Positions 35,795-49,532 of a stretch of DNA of 64,000 bases are shown here, one piece after another. This DNA comes from Takakia lepidozioides. Lineage: Eukaryota; Plantae; Bryophyta. The stretch lies in the NCBI GenBank assembly GCA_030704615.1, contig CM060731.1:83700001-83764000 (forward strand). The letters are read 5' to 3'. The notes beneath the pieces were generated by a model that did no database searches, had not been told where the DNA came from, and worked only from the letters and a program-made list of their open reading frames with translations. Made by a program: the position numbers and the translations under genes. Every line of letters starts with the position of its first letter. Positions within the stretch are counted from its first letter, which is position 1.

Positions 35795-38700
35795 ATGGAT
35801 GCGCCTGAAGGGCGTGGCTCTCCTGAGAGAGACCTCACATCCAGACCGCGGCGGAAGTTGAAAGCTAGTACTACGGACGACGGCAATCTCTCGCATGGCC
35901 AAACTGAAGCCTCCAGCAGGAGATTCCAGTGTCTTGCTCAGAACCTGCGCCAACTGAAGCCGAGTACTCTCAGGCAGCCACTTCTGCTTTCGGTTGTTCG
36001 ATTTTATTTTTGCTTTCGCTTTGTTTTTGCATCTTCATCCTGGCTTTGCTGTATGAGTGAACTTTAGATAGTTGAGTGAACCTTAGATTGTTTGCAATGC
36101 GTGTGCAAATCCGGCAGCTCTGGAGAAGGCTGCTTGTGCATGTCATTCTTAGGCAATGGTTGCATTTGTTTTCATTGTTGTTGCATGGCTCTCCATACTT
36201 CCTAAACTTGTTATGTTTTCATTTTTGCTACATGATTGTTGCTATGGTGGTTGCGCTGCTCGTTGCGATGCTGCTTTTTCACCGATGTTGGTTTTCACGA
36301 TTTTTGTCAATGACAGAGTGACGACGAGCCCGGCACGCTGGTGGTATCATCGACAGCTCCAACTCATCGCATGTTTGAATCGCCAACTTGGGGCGAGGGC
36401 AAACTAAAACCTTTTGTTGGTGGACGGGAGGACTTGCAACGAGATTACGACAAAGTAGGCATTGGGCGGTTGGTGCAGGCGGCATGGCAGGTGAAGGGCG
36501 TGAGGACATGAGGACAGCAGATCCGGCAATGGGGTTGTCATGCACATGCAGTAGGGCCCGCCCACGCAAAAAAAAAGAAGAAAGCTAAGCACATGCAATC
36601 CCGCGAGAGATCCAGTCACGGGTGTGCGGAGGGGGGAGTGAGCAGTGCGCGCGAGGGGGTTTCAGTTCGCCTCAATCAAAGGTGGTCGTCCTGGAGGGCT
36701 CCCCTGCTGCTAGCCCTAGTAAGAAACAGAAAGCCCGTGAGAGGGCAAAAGAGAGGGCAAAAGAACAGACGAGACAACAGAATGCTAGCAGGAGGAAAGA
36801 CAAAAGGCAGCTGAAGAGGCCAGGGGTGCCCAAATGACAGATGCCAATGTAAGCGAGGGACCCACAGAGAGAGGTGGATCCCTACAAGACACCACAGAGA
36901 GGCAGTAGCACACCGGTTTAGAACCATCGCGGGCAAGAGCAGCCCCCGCAATTACCCATACGGTGGAGAGTGGAGGAGAGGAAAGAACACCTGAAAGAGC
37001 ACGGATTGTGCAGTTCGAGTGAAGCCAGGGAGTGGGAAGCCAGGGAGAGGGCAGTAGAGACGACAAGAGTGCTGGAGGTTGGTTTCGCAGGTGGCGACCC
37101 TGTTGAGGAGGACGACATGGAGGTTTCTGACCAGGATGATTCCTCCCGGACATCCCCAGGCCCCAAACCCGGAGCATACAGGCTGGATTTGGCGGGTCCT
37201 GGTGGGCGCCGGAAAACCCCTCTGCAGCAGACGTCATGTCTGAGGCAGATATGAAGTTGGCCGCTGCCAAGAAGATGTTGGAGGCAACCACAGCAACATT
37301 GGCAGGGTGCTGGGGGGCATGGTGTACCCGGCCAAGCTTCGAATTCCCCTTTGCCGCTTGGTGTCATTGCAGGTGGTGAGACCTGCCCTGCCAGGCGATA
37401 TCGACAAGCTGAAATTCTCTTTTCCGGATGGATATCGAATGGGGTCTGCCGCCTTTTACGTTTCCATTGAGAACGACCACGGAGCTTCCCGTGCCCACAC
37501 TTCCGATGAGGTGGACAAATGGGGTCCCCATTGGCAAACGCGAAATGAGGAGTTCGAGAGATCGATTGCTAGTGATCCTCTTTTCCAGCACATGTCCGGT
37601 AAGATGTTCTACGTGTGGGACGGCAATCATCGCCTCCTGGCATGGTTGGGGTCCCCATGGAAAACGCGAAATGAGGACACCGTTTCCATTGAGAACGACC
37701 ACGGAGCTTCCCGTGCCCACACTCCGATGAGGTGGACAATGGGGTCCCCATTGGCAAACGCGAAATGAGGAGTTCGAGAGATCGATTGCTAGTGATCCTC
37801 TTTCCAGCACATGTCCGGTAAGATGTTCTACGTTGGGACGGCAATCATCGCCTCCTGGCATGGATGGAGCACATTGCCCAAGCCCACCCCACGATCTCGA
37901 TTGGCATTTCGCCGTCGATTGTGTTGTGCTGAAGGTTGCGGGGCCCAAAGATCGCAGTCTTCTCAAAGCTGCAATGGCCGACATCACTCGTAAGCTACAA
38001 CCCCCTCTCGCTTTTGGACCTTTGAATTTGGAAGTCATTTCATTGTGAATCCTCATATATGATGAAAATTCCCATTTCAGTATTGTTTTGATGGAAATGT
38101 GGCACTGCAGGGTGATGAGAATGCCTTCATTGCCACGAACTTGTCCCATATGCTCTTCCGAGTGAAGAATGTCGGAAGCAGGGGGTGCAAGAGTTTGCCA
38201 ATTCCCTCAGTGGCGACCTCCTGCGCAAGTCGGAGGCAAAGGCAGACAGAACCTGGTATAGGCTGAGCGTCGACGCCATGGTGGACTACATATTTCGGGT
38301 AAAGCTCCTCACAGTTTTGTTGATCTAATTTGTCTCTCCTCCCCCAATAGAAGAAATTGTGTTGAGCAGGATCTCTAATCTTATGTGCGCCTTTTCGACA
38401 GACGAAAATACAGCAGATTTGGCACATGCGCGGAGGTTCTACATGGAGTCAGAGGAGAAAATCCACCCTCCCGGAACTCGAATCGTATGTCAAGCTGCGG
38501 AGTGAGGGCCGCATAAAGTACAAGTCGCGGATGGTAAAGTACTGGCCATAGCTGATCCCGCCCTGGTGCCAACTTTCTGTGGAGGGGGAAGCACTATCTC
38601 GCGCTCTGAAGCCCACGATGACATGGAGAGCTCCATCGTCTAGCCACATCTTGTGTGGATGCACAGAAAAGGTGATTACTTCTTAACCAAATGTGTGGCA

Positions 38701-41700
38701 ACAACTCCTGTTTGTGGGTGTTTGGCGCGTTACGAATATGCTGGGTGGTGGACAGACCCGTGGCTCCAAATCTGGAATGGTTTCCCAAAGTAACCAGGGA
38801 CATGTGGAGCTTCCCAACCCGGACCAACTCTCTGACCCCACATTCGACATGTGGATGAACCGCATGACATGGTGGTTTCAGGTACTTCCCCACGCTTCGT
38901 TTGGGGCTTCTACTGTAGTAGGGGGTGGATCATTGTATTTTTTGGGAAAGCGATCTGATGACAATCTCCACAGTGACGACGAATGCGCAAGAGCAGCTGG
39001 ACACACAAGCACATCAGTTCAAGATGGAGATATCTCCTGCAGCAGAGAGCCTACGTGACTATGTGACGAGGTACTTTCCTGCTCTAACAAAACCAACCTA
39101 TTCTTTTCGGGAGATAGCAGATGCTCGCCGGAGCCACGGTTCACCTACCAGCCGAACGCGGACAAGCAGCAATGCGCCTTCTGTACAGGTACATACGCGC
39201 TGTCTTTCTTTCAAGTCCTGGCATTGCAGGATGTTAGAGGCCTCAAGTGGTGTTAGGGAAAATGGCGCCGAATTTCCAGTCAGGGCTCCGAAAATGGCTA
39301 AGTCCCTAGACTGGCTGGCCCGGAACTGGAAATTCGGCGCCATTTCCAGTTCCAGCCCTATTGCCGTTCAGGGACTTACCCATTTTCGGCCCAAGTCCCT
39401 AGACTGGCTGGCCCCTGAAGTGGAAATTCGCGCCATATTCCAGTTTTAGGCCCTATTGCCGTTCGGGAGTTAGCCATTTTCGGCCTAAGTCCCTAGGTGG
39501 CTGCCCGGAACTGGAAATTCGGCGCCGTTTTCCAGTTCTAGGCCCTATTGCCGTCCAGGGACTTAGCCATTTCGGGCTAAGTCCCTAGACTGGCTGGCCC
39601 GGAACTGGAATTCGGCGCCGTTTTCCAGTTCTAGGCCCTATTGCCGTCGAGGGACTTAGCCATTTTCGGGCTAAGTCCCTAGACGGGGTGGCCCTGAAGT
39701 GGAAATTCGGCGCCATATTCCGTTGTAGGCCCTATTGCCGTTCAGAGACTTAGCCATTTTCGGACCTCATTGTGTTTTTCATGAATGCAGGTACTGTAAG
39801 TTCTCGCTTTTGGAGAAAGGTCATCTGTCTTTCGAGCCACCATTCTTCCTGGCATGGAGGAACCCTGGGGCTGACTCCATGTACACTGACGATAGTTGAA
39901 GGAGTGGCATCTGGAACATTTGCGTGATTGCCCTTGGTATGTGGACCTTCCGCCCGGCTCGCTCGACCCATCCGAGTTTCAATTGAAGCTGGATGCTGAA
40001 TTCCGACGAAACCGGGCTCCGCTGCCTCCGTTGGGTGCAAAAGAGGCAAAAGCGCTTGCGAACTCCAGGAAAGCGGCAGAGCTTGCTCAGGCAGGAATTC
40101 AGGAGAAATTGCATGAGAAGAGTAAAGGTCAAAGGAAAAGGACAAGGAAACAGGTGACTGCAGTAACACCCAAAAAGAAGAAAACCATCGGGGCATCGGA
40201 GGAGGCGCAGGAGGGGACCCAAGAGAGTGACTCCGACGCCGATTTTGTTCAAGGTCCTGCGACTGCTGTTGCTCCTACCCAGTCACCGGTCGTCCGGGTT
40301 CCCAAGTCAGTTCGGAGTGGGACTGGCTCTGCCAAGAAGTTGGCATTTGAGGGCGAGCCTACACGGCGGTATTCGGCGGTGACGTTTACGCACAGGCCAA
40401 AGCTAGAACCTCCAACCATCATCCAATGCGTCAATGAGAGCTTCCTTGACGCTCTCGCTGCCAGGGCGAAGAAGGTGGCACACAACAAGTCTCTGGCGGA
40501 GCAGAAGGGGAAAGCCAAGAAGAGGGCTGCCGGTACAGAGCCTAAAGACACCCCTGGTTTTGAAGCCATGATGGAATTCTTCACGGCTGTGAGCACGAAT
40601 TGCAAGAGCACTCGGGGGGGGTTGAGGTGGAGAGAGCTTGCGACATGATTCTCCTCGACATTCCAGATGGGGAGCTGCTGGAGGGCCTGGATGGTGTGCC
40701 CACCTGGAACAGGTTTACTGAGGACTACTGGAAAGCCGGGTTTGGGCTGGCGGGGATGCTTCTGGATGACGGTGGATGTGTGGTTGTCCTTGCCACGAGA
40801 GGGAAGACCACAGAGAATGCGGTGGCAAGGTGGACACCGAAAAGTGTCACCCCGGTCCTCCTCAGAAAATGGTTCTGCATCAATACGCAGGGGTTGCGAA
40901 CAGAGGGCCAAAGTGTAAGTTATCAATCTATTGCATTCACTTCATATTGTGGTGTATGTTAAGTAGACCCTGGAATTGATCCCTTCTTTGTTGATGTGCA
41001 GACATTGGTGTTTGAGGCATATTGCTTTGTGAAGAGAGGGTCTACGTTCAAATTCCGCAACGACGGTCGTCTTGTTGATGCCGCTGTGGACCCTGTAACC
41101 TACGATGTCCTCTACAACTATGTGCCCCACTCTAGTATGCCGAAGGACACAAAGACAGGCAAACCGTGGCGGTACAGCCGGACCCGGAGCCCTGCTTTCA
41201 TCCAAACCCTCATGGAGACGTGCTCGGATGTCCAAGGGCGGATTCTGGACCTCACATGCGGCACGGGTAAGCCTTCACGTGCTCAGTTTGTCCCCTGGCC
41301 CCATTGCAATTGCATGCCGCAAGCTATTAACCGCCCGCTTTGTTCCTCAGGTGCTTCAATGTGGGCAGGGACGTTGTCCGACAGCATGTGTTCGCCTTCG
41401 AGCCAGATACTGCCCTCCACAACTCGGAACTTGCAGCGGCTGAACGTCTGCCGAAAGAGGAAGAGGCATCCTCGGAGGATGAGGAAAAATCCGAGAAGGA
41501 GCAGGGGGAGGAAGTTGGGATCGAGGCCGAGGAGCCCCCGGTTTACGAGTGAGTGGTGGCATTGTAAGTTGCCTCCAGATTTTGTGAGGCACCTCCCTCC
41601 GCTCTCTTATTTCATTGAAAACCCTTTCTGGTTGTGCTGGTATTGACATTCTTCAAGTGGATTTGTTCTTACTGTAGGATGCCAAGTACTACCGGAGGGA

Positions 41701-42128
41701 CGTCTACACCGGAGTTCATGGGCAGGAGGAACGTGCCTTTTTTTGCCAGGGGGGATTTCATGCCTAGTCCAGAAAGGGAGTACATCCTTCCTACTTATGC
41801 TGCCCGGCTTGCTTCGGTGTCCATTAGGAGGTGTTCCGAACGTAGTCGTGTACAGCAGATTTTAGACGAGGCAAGCCTCAAGAAAATGAAGATGAGGGAG
41901 GAGGCAGCAGCTATTAGAGCCCGTCGAGCTCGTAGATTTGTGTTGGATTTTGCTGAGGAAAGTGGGGGAGAAGACGCAGAAGATTCCCAGGAGGTGAGGT
42001 GGACAGTCCCCCAAGGAGAGGACGGGATTTTTGAGAGGCATAGTGGAACTGATGCATCACAGAGCTCGGAGGATGAGGGGGATGAGGGGGATGAGGAAGA
42101 AGGTGGGCAAGTTCCTCGGAGGGTGTAG
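35795..42128 (+). pseudogene. ParB-like/beta-class MTase gene of copy B (many frameshifts as assembled)
   Basis: Intact ParB motif GKMFYVWDGNHRLLAW (WDGNHR at 37616-37633), CDMILLDIPDG and ILDLTCGTG. A ~190-bp internal duplication lies near 37460-37860. Confidence 0.87.
39255..39770. repeat. Intronic ~95-bp tandem array of copy B
   Basis: GGAACTGGAAATTCGGCGCCGTTTTCCAGTTC plus GGGACTTAGCC...GGCTAAGTCCC units. Confidence 0.88.
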
Positions 42129-42915
42129 GAGAGTAGTGCCCATTCCGGCTATGACAGTTAGAACACACTTGTATAGACGTGGCTTGCCACAAAATTTGCA
42201 ATAAAATGTTGCATTTCAAGTCCACTGGTGCCACATTCCAACTTCACATGACCCTATTTCCGTGCCTCCTAACCCTATTTCCGTGGACTCACAATGGTCT
42301 GCTCATGCTTTTTTTTTTTCCGCTCATGCTCATGCCGCTCATGAAATAGCAGCCCCCGTTCGAGAGGTCTTGTCCTCAGGCGTCTTTGTCTTGGAGGGTC
42401 GGGATGGCATAACTTGGAAGGACCATGTGCGTAATTGTGCGCCATGTCACCTTCCGAATGTCGATGGCAGGATTGACCCAAACCTGGCAGTGGTATCTGC
42501 AGGTTTGAGGTGCATGTTTGTGTGGGTCTGCTAAAGGGGCAGCCACCATGTTGGTGTGTGATCGATGCTCTAGAGGTTGGCATATGGGATGTTTGACTCC
42601 ACCTCTTGAGATGGTTCCGGATGGGAATTGGTTATATCCACATTGCATTGGATAGTGGGAGTGGATACAACCATGGAAGGCTAACAAGAAACGCAAGGCC
42701 CAGCTACTAGGAGACCTTGAACACACGAGATCCTGGCTCAAGTTCACAGATTGCAAGACGGCGACTAACGATGGGGCTACTCTTGTACCCGGCCTCTTGG
42801 TCGATAGAGTTTGAGTACGATAGGGACAGTGATAGAGGACTTAGTACGGCTGTGGCTAATACATCTTGTAGCTATCTGGAGTTAGAGGGACCTATCCACC
42901 AGCTAGGGGGGCGAT

Positions 42916-43443
42916 TGTGGCAGACTACTTTATTGTGCATATATGTGTGGTTTGGTTTGGACAGCGATGTAGTTGTGTAGCGATACGTATGCGCACGACA
43001 GCTATCAAGTTAAATAAGCACAGTGTGAAAACGACTAGAATAAAGCTAGTTATTTGTACTTAACACTTGGATTTAGGTCAAGTGTTAAGTCAGGTGTCAA
43101 GTTTAGTTTGACACCTGAACCGTCTTATCTTCACGAGAGTGGCAGTCGCGCAGCTCATCTCTCTCGAGTTGAGCCTGCGCGACCGAGCTCCTTCATCGCT
43201 TCAGGACTGAGTGTGCTTATGATGGGAGTATAGGTTGTTGTGGGGTGGAGTCCCCATAGCTTGGGGTGCCCCTGGCTCGACTTCTATTTTAAAGAGTGAT
43301 AGCGATGGATTCATGTTGTTTCTGGTGTGAACAGTGTGTCTCTATGCTTGTTTATCATTGTGGCAGACTACTTTATTGTGCATATATGTGTGGTGTGGTT
43401 TGGACAGCGATGTAGTTGTGTAGCGATACATATGCGCACGACA
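42916..43443 (+). mobile_element. Probable LTR remnant preceded by a polypurine tract, followed by a partial repeat of its start
   Basis: AGGGGGGCGAT then TGTGGCAG... ending ...TTATCA at 43357. The first ~85 bp are repeated at 43359-43443. Confidence 0.45.
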
Positions 43444-43451
43444 ACTCTTTA

Positions 43452-43657
43452 GATCCAAATCTGGGCTCGGCTCCCTATCGCCTTCTCCCTTCACTTCTCT
43501 AATGTAAAGCAAAAACTGGGGCTCGTGTGCCTCCTCCACGGCCCACTCCCTTGCTGACAGAAGGTTTATTCGCCCTCCCACGGGTTTGGGCGTTTCCGAC
43601 ACTCGTAAGACCTCGCCACCATTCCCACATGGCAGCGTGACTACTCTTTTGCGGCCA
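43452..43657 (-). mobile_element. Isolated ~205-bp fragment of the chromovirus protease/RT linker
   Basis: Near-identical to 17426-17630. Confidence 0.9.
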
Positions 43658-44044
43658 CGCTACGGCTTTCAATGAGTTCGTGGCTAATGAAAATTAAATT
43701 TTTTCTTGGGTCTGGCATTTGACTTATGTTATATGGAATGTACTTGTTTGTGTACATGCTTTGAAATTTTGTAATTATTTAAAATGACAATTTAAAATAG
43801 GGTCTAATTAATTGTTGCAAAAGAAAATTATAAAGAAAAATAGGGTGTTAGAAAACATAGGGTTTACAATATTACCCAGAGATAGGGTGAAAAAAAATGC
43901 AAAATTTTAAAAATATAGCCTAGTATAAATATACCTTTGTACGCACGTGATATGAAAAAAATACATATAGTAACCCCCCCGTGGTAGCTGGAGGGGAGAC
44001 TTGCCAGCAAAATTGCTCGTTGGGAAGGCAGGCTCCAAGAACGC

Positions 44045-45150
44045 CCCAGAAAAGTATTCATTCCACAGCTTCTCCTCATCTCTGTTACCTATTTTTTGAT
44101 ATTTTCTTGTTGTCACATTGGCAGTATTATGTCAAAGTCACTCCAAACTAGATTCACTCAACCAACTAACTTGCAGAATTGAACATGGATATTTAGGGCC
44201 GCTTTTGATAAGAGGTAAAAACAGGGTGAAATGTGCTGAAGAAGATGCCTTCGTTAGCTGTGCCTGATTTTATCAATGTGCCGCTGGTGCCAGTTGACCA
44301 TCTACCCATGCAGACTTCTTGTAGCTATTGATCCACAGGGAATCACAGGTAATCTTGTGCTTGAAATCTGGCCCTCTTGGATGAATCTGGACCCACACTC
44401 TATCCTTGCTCCTTCAGCTATCCATGCCTCTGCACAAATCATGCATACATCCTTGCCTTGTTGCTAGCAGCTGACGATGACAGCCTACATTTGTTCTAGG
44501 AAACACCCAACTCAACTTATCACACTAGTTCCTATGCTCAATTGCATCTGCTACTCTCTATAATCCAACAGGCATTCACCTTCTTGCCTCGATTGTCCCA
44601 CCATTGACTGGGGTCAGAAAAGTATTTATTCCACAGCTTGTCCTCGTCTCTGTTACCTGTTTCTGGATACTTTCCCGTTGTTATATTGGCAGTATCATGT
44701 CAAAGTCACTCCAAACTATCAAAGGTTCACTCAGCCAGCTAACTTACAGAATTGAACAAGGAAATTTAGGGCCGATTCTGATAAGAGGAAAAAACAGGGT
44801 GAAATGTGTTGAAGAAGGTGCCTTCATTAGCAGTGCCTGATTTTATCGATTGTGCCGCTACTGTTGCGGCTTCCACTTGACACTCTGGTTGTTGTACTTG
44901 TCCTTCCACAGGGAATCATAGGTAATTTGGAGCTTGAAATCCGGCCCTCTTGGATGAATCTGGACCCCCACTCTATCCCTGCTCCTTCAGCTGTCCATGC
45001 CTCTGCACAAATCATGCATACATCATTGCCTTGCTGCTAGCAGCTGACAGTGACAGCCTATATTTGTCCTAGGAAACACCCAACTCAACTTATCACACTA
45101 GTTCCTATGCTCAATTGCATCTGCTACTCTCTGTAATCCAACAGGAATTC
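44045..45150. repeat. Diverged tandem duplication (~570-590 bp unit)
   Basis: 44045-44580 vs 44613-45150 share long near-identical blocks; ORFs 44276-44467 and 44852-45040 both end HASAQIMHTSLPCC. Confidence 0.85.
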
Positions 45151-47259
45151 ACATTTGTGGCATGTCATTTGATAATCAACATACCCCCCATCTACATAGT
45201 GTTGCGAGATATACAAGATCTTTGACCTCATCAGAAGATCCTACTTCAGACCTCCAACCTGTATAAAATGCCCACATAAAAGTGACTGGGTATGAATCAT
45301 GCTCACGACACTGTTGCCGAAAGATATGCACAAGTAAATGAAGCGTCTTACAGATCTGGAGCACTCAATCTCTGGCAGCACTCCTATGCATCAAGCACAC
45401 CCGTGCACATCACAAGAAGATAGTTCTTCCCAAAGATAGTAACAGGCCTCCATACTTCAGCAGATCAGTAAATATTCCATTCAGATTCATTTGAAGCACA
45501 CCTTTCTCCAAGCAGAACAAGCTAGAGAACATGTTGCATACCTACCTTGATGTAGCCACCATGGAATCAAAAGATGTGCAAAGAAAAGGCATAAGTCTCC
45601 CAGCGCACGACAGTGTCATCAAACTGAACCAAGAGCACAATTTGGCATCAAGAAATCTGATAAGAGCAGGGCAGTTGAGGGCCATGACAGCAAGAAGCCC
45701 TCAGCACTTTCATATAGAACATGCATACCGCAGGGGAGGCGGCAGCTACCCCGAACACGGAAATTCTGCCCTTCCACATATTCTGATATTTGCAAGATTT
45801 AAAGAAGGAACCCTGCCACCCACCTTCCACCCGCCTGCTCTTTATAACTTGGCTTCTGAAGCGAGTGCCTTCCAGTCTGAAGGTCCAACTCCCAAACATA
45901 ATTCCCCCAGCCCAAAACAACCCGGGCAGTGAATAAGACCATGCTAAAAATGTAGAATCCATTCAGCTTTCAGTGCTCAAAGCAGGATGGACAAACTTCT
46001 TCACATCATAGATTAAGAAAAAGCCTCACCTTGCAATTGCGGTTGTCCCACCATCGTGAAGGATCTTTAAAAACCTCATGCCAGCTCTGCTCTGTGCTGC
46101 AAATTCAGGGCTGAGTCTGATGAGAGCGCAAAACAAGTTGAATAGGTCGAAGAAGAAGGTGCCCTCACCACATTGTCCTCGACCTTGTGTCATGACCCAT
46201 CGACGATTTGACAGACCACCTCTTGTGTGTGCTGCTTATGTCTGTGGTCAGGTAATGTCGGATTGCTCTGTAAGAACCACCACGGTGCAGCTGAGCGGGC
46301 AGAGATTGAAACACGGCCTGCTAAGACCAAGACGACTCTCCCAAAATCCTTGTAAACATCACGAAGAATACCAAATCGTGGTACTAACAGGAGCTGAGAG
46401 CCCACATTTGCAGGATGGACAAACTTCTTCACATCGTACATTACGAAAAAGCCACACCTTGCGATCGCGGTTGTCCACCCAAGCTATGCATATCCTGCAG
46501 ATCATCCCACGCAAACACAACAAAACGATCAAGTCCCATAACTTACTCATGCTGAACGTAATCCCACAACCCTAAATCCATTTTGATCTAGATGGATGGA
46601 TGTATTGCAGATGGATGGATTTTGGGTTTTCCATCAATCCATCCGTTTGGTTTTCCATTTATTGGTTCATCCATCCATTTTAATTTCATCCATTCATCTT
46701 TAAGTGAGTTTCAGGTAATGTAGTTATTTTAATTTCCACGATACCAAAGGGTATGACGTAGTAGAGGGTATGAGTGGGCAAGTTGCCAGCAAGGCCTTTG
46801 CATTTTCATATTCATGCATTTTCAAAACTGGCAACCATTAGATTCACTTCCATCCCCCGCACCACAATATCTCAACCACTTAACCAATCATATGTAGACA
46901 GCTCATAAGTTGTTGTCACACACTCACCCTGTCACAGACTCACCCTGTCATTCATCCATGTGATGATCTGGCAGAATGCATTAGAGTGAGAGTCATGAAG
47001 TCATATGTCCGTCTAGCAATATGCATACGTCATTCCAGTGTAGCCATGACCGTGACTGGTAGTCATATCCACCATGCCAATATTCGTGGTCAAACATGGT
47101 TGACCTATGTTGCGCAGAGTCCGGAGTCATGCAGTTGCATATACGCCTTCCCCAGACCTTGGTTATGACTTCAAAGGCATTTACGACTGCAAATGGCATT
47201 TCTACCACAAATTTGTCATGACTGCGCAACCATGGGAGTCGTATATGCCGCAATCTGTT

Positions 47260-48545
47260 TTAGTGTATATGCACAGGCACATGAGGAAGCAACTCGGCCT
47301 TGTATGTCAATTGTTTGTCCTCATCAGGTGGTGGGCTATCCTCTGCATGGTTATTTCCCTCCAAGAGCTCACCGCCCCAAGCCACCACCCCTGAAAATGC
47401 AGCCAATATGGGCATCATGTTCCTATGATCCACAGCTATATTCCCAATAAACCGCACTGGGAGCAGTGCACGTCGGCCATCCCCTGACTGCCACTTCGGC
47501 CTATAGGACACCGTTTCCTCCGAAAAGTCCAGAGTAAATCCCATGGGGTACAACACCACCCCACCAACAAGCACATCGTATGACATCGCATCCGTAACAA
47601 TGGCTTTGGCTCTCATGACTGAGCCGTCCGTACGATGATCCGGCTACAATCGAATGAAGAGCTCATGACGTGTGATACCTCGCGCCTTCTCTGAACCAAG
47701 ATGTCTGAATTTGGAAAGGGCAAGGCTCCAAATCCGCCTCTATAAGGCCCAAGTCTGCAACTGCTGCGCTCCCCAACATCAATGGTTGTGCTATCGAATC
47801 CAACAAGACTCGCAGTGGCCTATACCTCCTCCCGGCTAGGCCACTCAACTGAAACACTCCATCTTGATTGTCCACCAAGACTACTCCAGGAGTCACCGTG
47901 CTGCGCTCAATGGCTGGTCTAGCTGGCAACTCCTGCAACCTTGCAGCTGCCGCTTGCCATGGCGCAGCTGTGGCTGACTTCACCCTCGAATCTAGGGCAT
48001 CCATAGACTACACGTTATCTGCTATCTCCGCAGATAGTGCCGATGCATCACCACTCTTACAGAGTTTAGCTGCTAGTCTGAACACCGCAGCTGGCTGAAT
48101 CCCCGCATTGCAATGGTCATTGCAGAAAATAATGGAGCTTGCCAAATTGCCGTAGCCGCCCCCAACAATGTATTGGCTGCACCTTGCTTTACAGCATCAC
48201 TCACTGGCATTTCCCGAGCCACACCAACTCTCCCCAATGGCACTCTTGGCTCTACCTCTGACATACTTGGACGAGCCAGCACCATCGATGGTGTGGTTGG
48301 CACTGTCTCGGCCTATGTGAAAGACTGGGGAAGCCTTGTTTGTCGATTTGGTTCCCCTCTCTGTGGATCAAAATCCACATCCGCTCCTCTTGGCTCAGGA
48401 GCACGAGTGGTTACTCGAGTGACAGCAGCAGCAGAGTCCACATGCAGTGGCCCTGCAAGTGCGGCTCCACACATGAAGCCCATACCAATCTGGTCTTCTC
48501 TAGGCATAGGAAGCGGCTTTGCAATTGGCCAAGGAACAATTGATT
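47260..48545 (-). pseudogene. Degenerate retroelement gag/aspartic protease fragment
   Basis: RVLLDSIAQPLMLG (DSG-like catalytic motif) and YDVLVGG in ORFs 47663-48004 and 47260-47616. Confidence 0.55.
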
Positions 48546-48597
48546 GAGGCAGACCTCGCGCAAGACCAGTTGCACGAAGCAGCAATAGCTATACCAA

Positions 48598-49434
48598 ATG
48601 CAGGTGAAGCATGAAAGCAAGTTGCAAGAAGTGAATGCACTACATACGGAGTTGCAAACAGTGCATGATAGGATGGCCATACAATGTGCTACACTCACAA
48701 CTATGCTTGACCAAGCTACAATAGAAATTAACAATCAAGCGGAAAGATGTACGAAGGCAGAGGCAGAGAATGTCGAGCAAACGAAACTCATTGTTGATAT
48801 GAAGAATACAATCTGTCGCAATGAGAATACTTTCAAGCAATACAGGCAGGTTGAAGCTGACCAAGAGAGGTACATCCTGGAGTTGCAACAAACGCTCATG
48901 GTCAATAGAAATGAACTCTCTGTGGCTAACAAGGCTTGGAAGGAAGCCAATAATCTGGCTGCTGTATATGCGAATTTGGTTGAACCTCATGCGAAGCGCA
49001 TGAAGGCTTTACAACAGCAAATAGATATGTACAGGCTCACAGAGGAACAAACTCTCAGGGGTATCACAAGCAACTTGGTGGATAACCACCTTATGCAGGT
49101 CTGGTTAGCACAAGGGCCGGTGAAAGGCAAAGCACCACGAAAGCTCACCCAAAGCGAGATGAATGAGCTCAGACTGCAAGTGCAGAACATTGCCACAATT
49201 ACTATAGACAATGTCTATAGTAGGATAGCGGAATTACAGGAGGATGTAGACGGCCTGCAGACTCAGGTGGAGGACCTCACTTCAAATATCGACAAGAGAG
49301 TCTTTGTACCTGAGGAACAGCTGATGGCTTCTTATTTACAAGCCAGAACTTTGGCTTTTCAGGGGGTGCAGGAGATGCCAATGGTACAAGAGCCAGTGCC
49401 ACCAACACCACAACAACTCACTGTGCCCCAGTAG
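48598..49434 (+). CDS. Coiled-coil-rich hypothetical ORF (278 aa), probably retroelement-derived
   Basis: Open frame rich in Q/E/L heptads, ending in a P/Q-rich tail; no family recognised. Confidence 0.4.
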   Translation: MQVKHESKLQEVNALHTELQTVHDRMAIQCATLTTMLDQATIEINNQAERCTKAEAENVEQTKLIVDMKNTICRNENTFKQYRQVEADQERYILELQQTLMVNRNELSVANKAWKEANNLAAVYANLVEPHAKRMKALQQQIDMYRLTEEQTLRGITSNLVDNHLMQVWLAQGPVKGKAPRKLTQSEMNELRLQVQNIATITIDNVYSRIAELQEDVDGLQTQVEDLTSNIDKRVFVPEEQLMASYLQARTLAFQGVQEMPMVQEPVPPTPQQLTVPQ

Positions 49435-49532
49435 CTGACCCTATTGTTACTACAGCTACACCACAACCACCACAGCCTGAGGTATGGGGGAATGCTGCTT
49501 TTAACCCACCTAAAACTCCTGCTGCACGGGAG

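Larger units (their letters stand above)
29175..42357 (+). mobile_element. Copy B of the MULE-MTase transposon (both termini present, no matching TSD)
   Basis: Left end GAGGTTTGCTATTTCATGAGC at 29175; right end GCTCATGAAATAGCAGCCCCC ending at 42357. Colinear with and near-identical to copy C, with many small indels. Confidence 0.93.
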
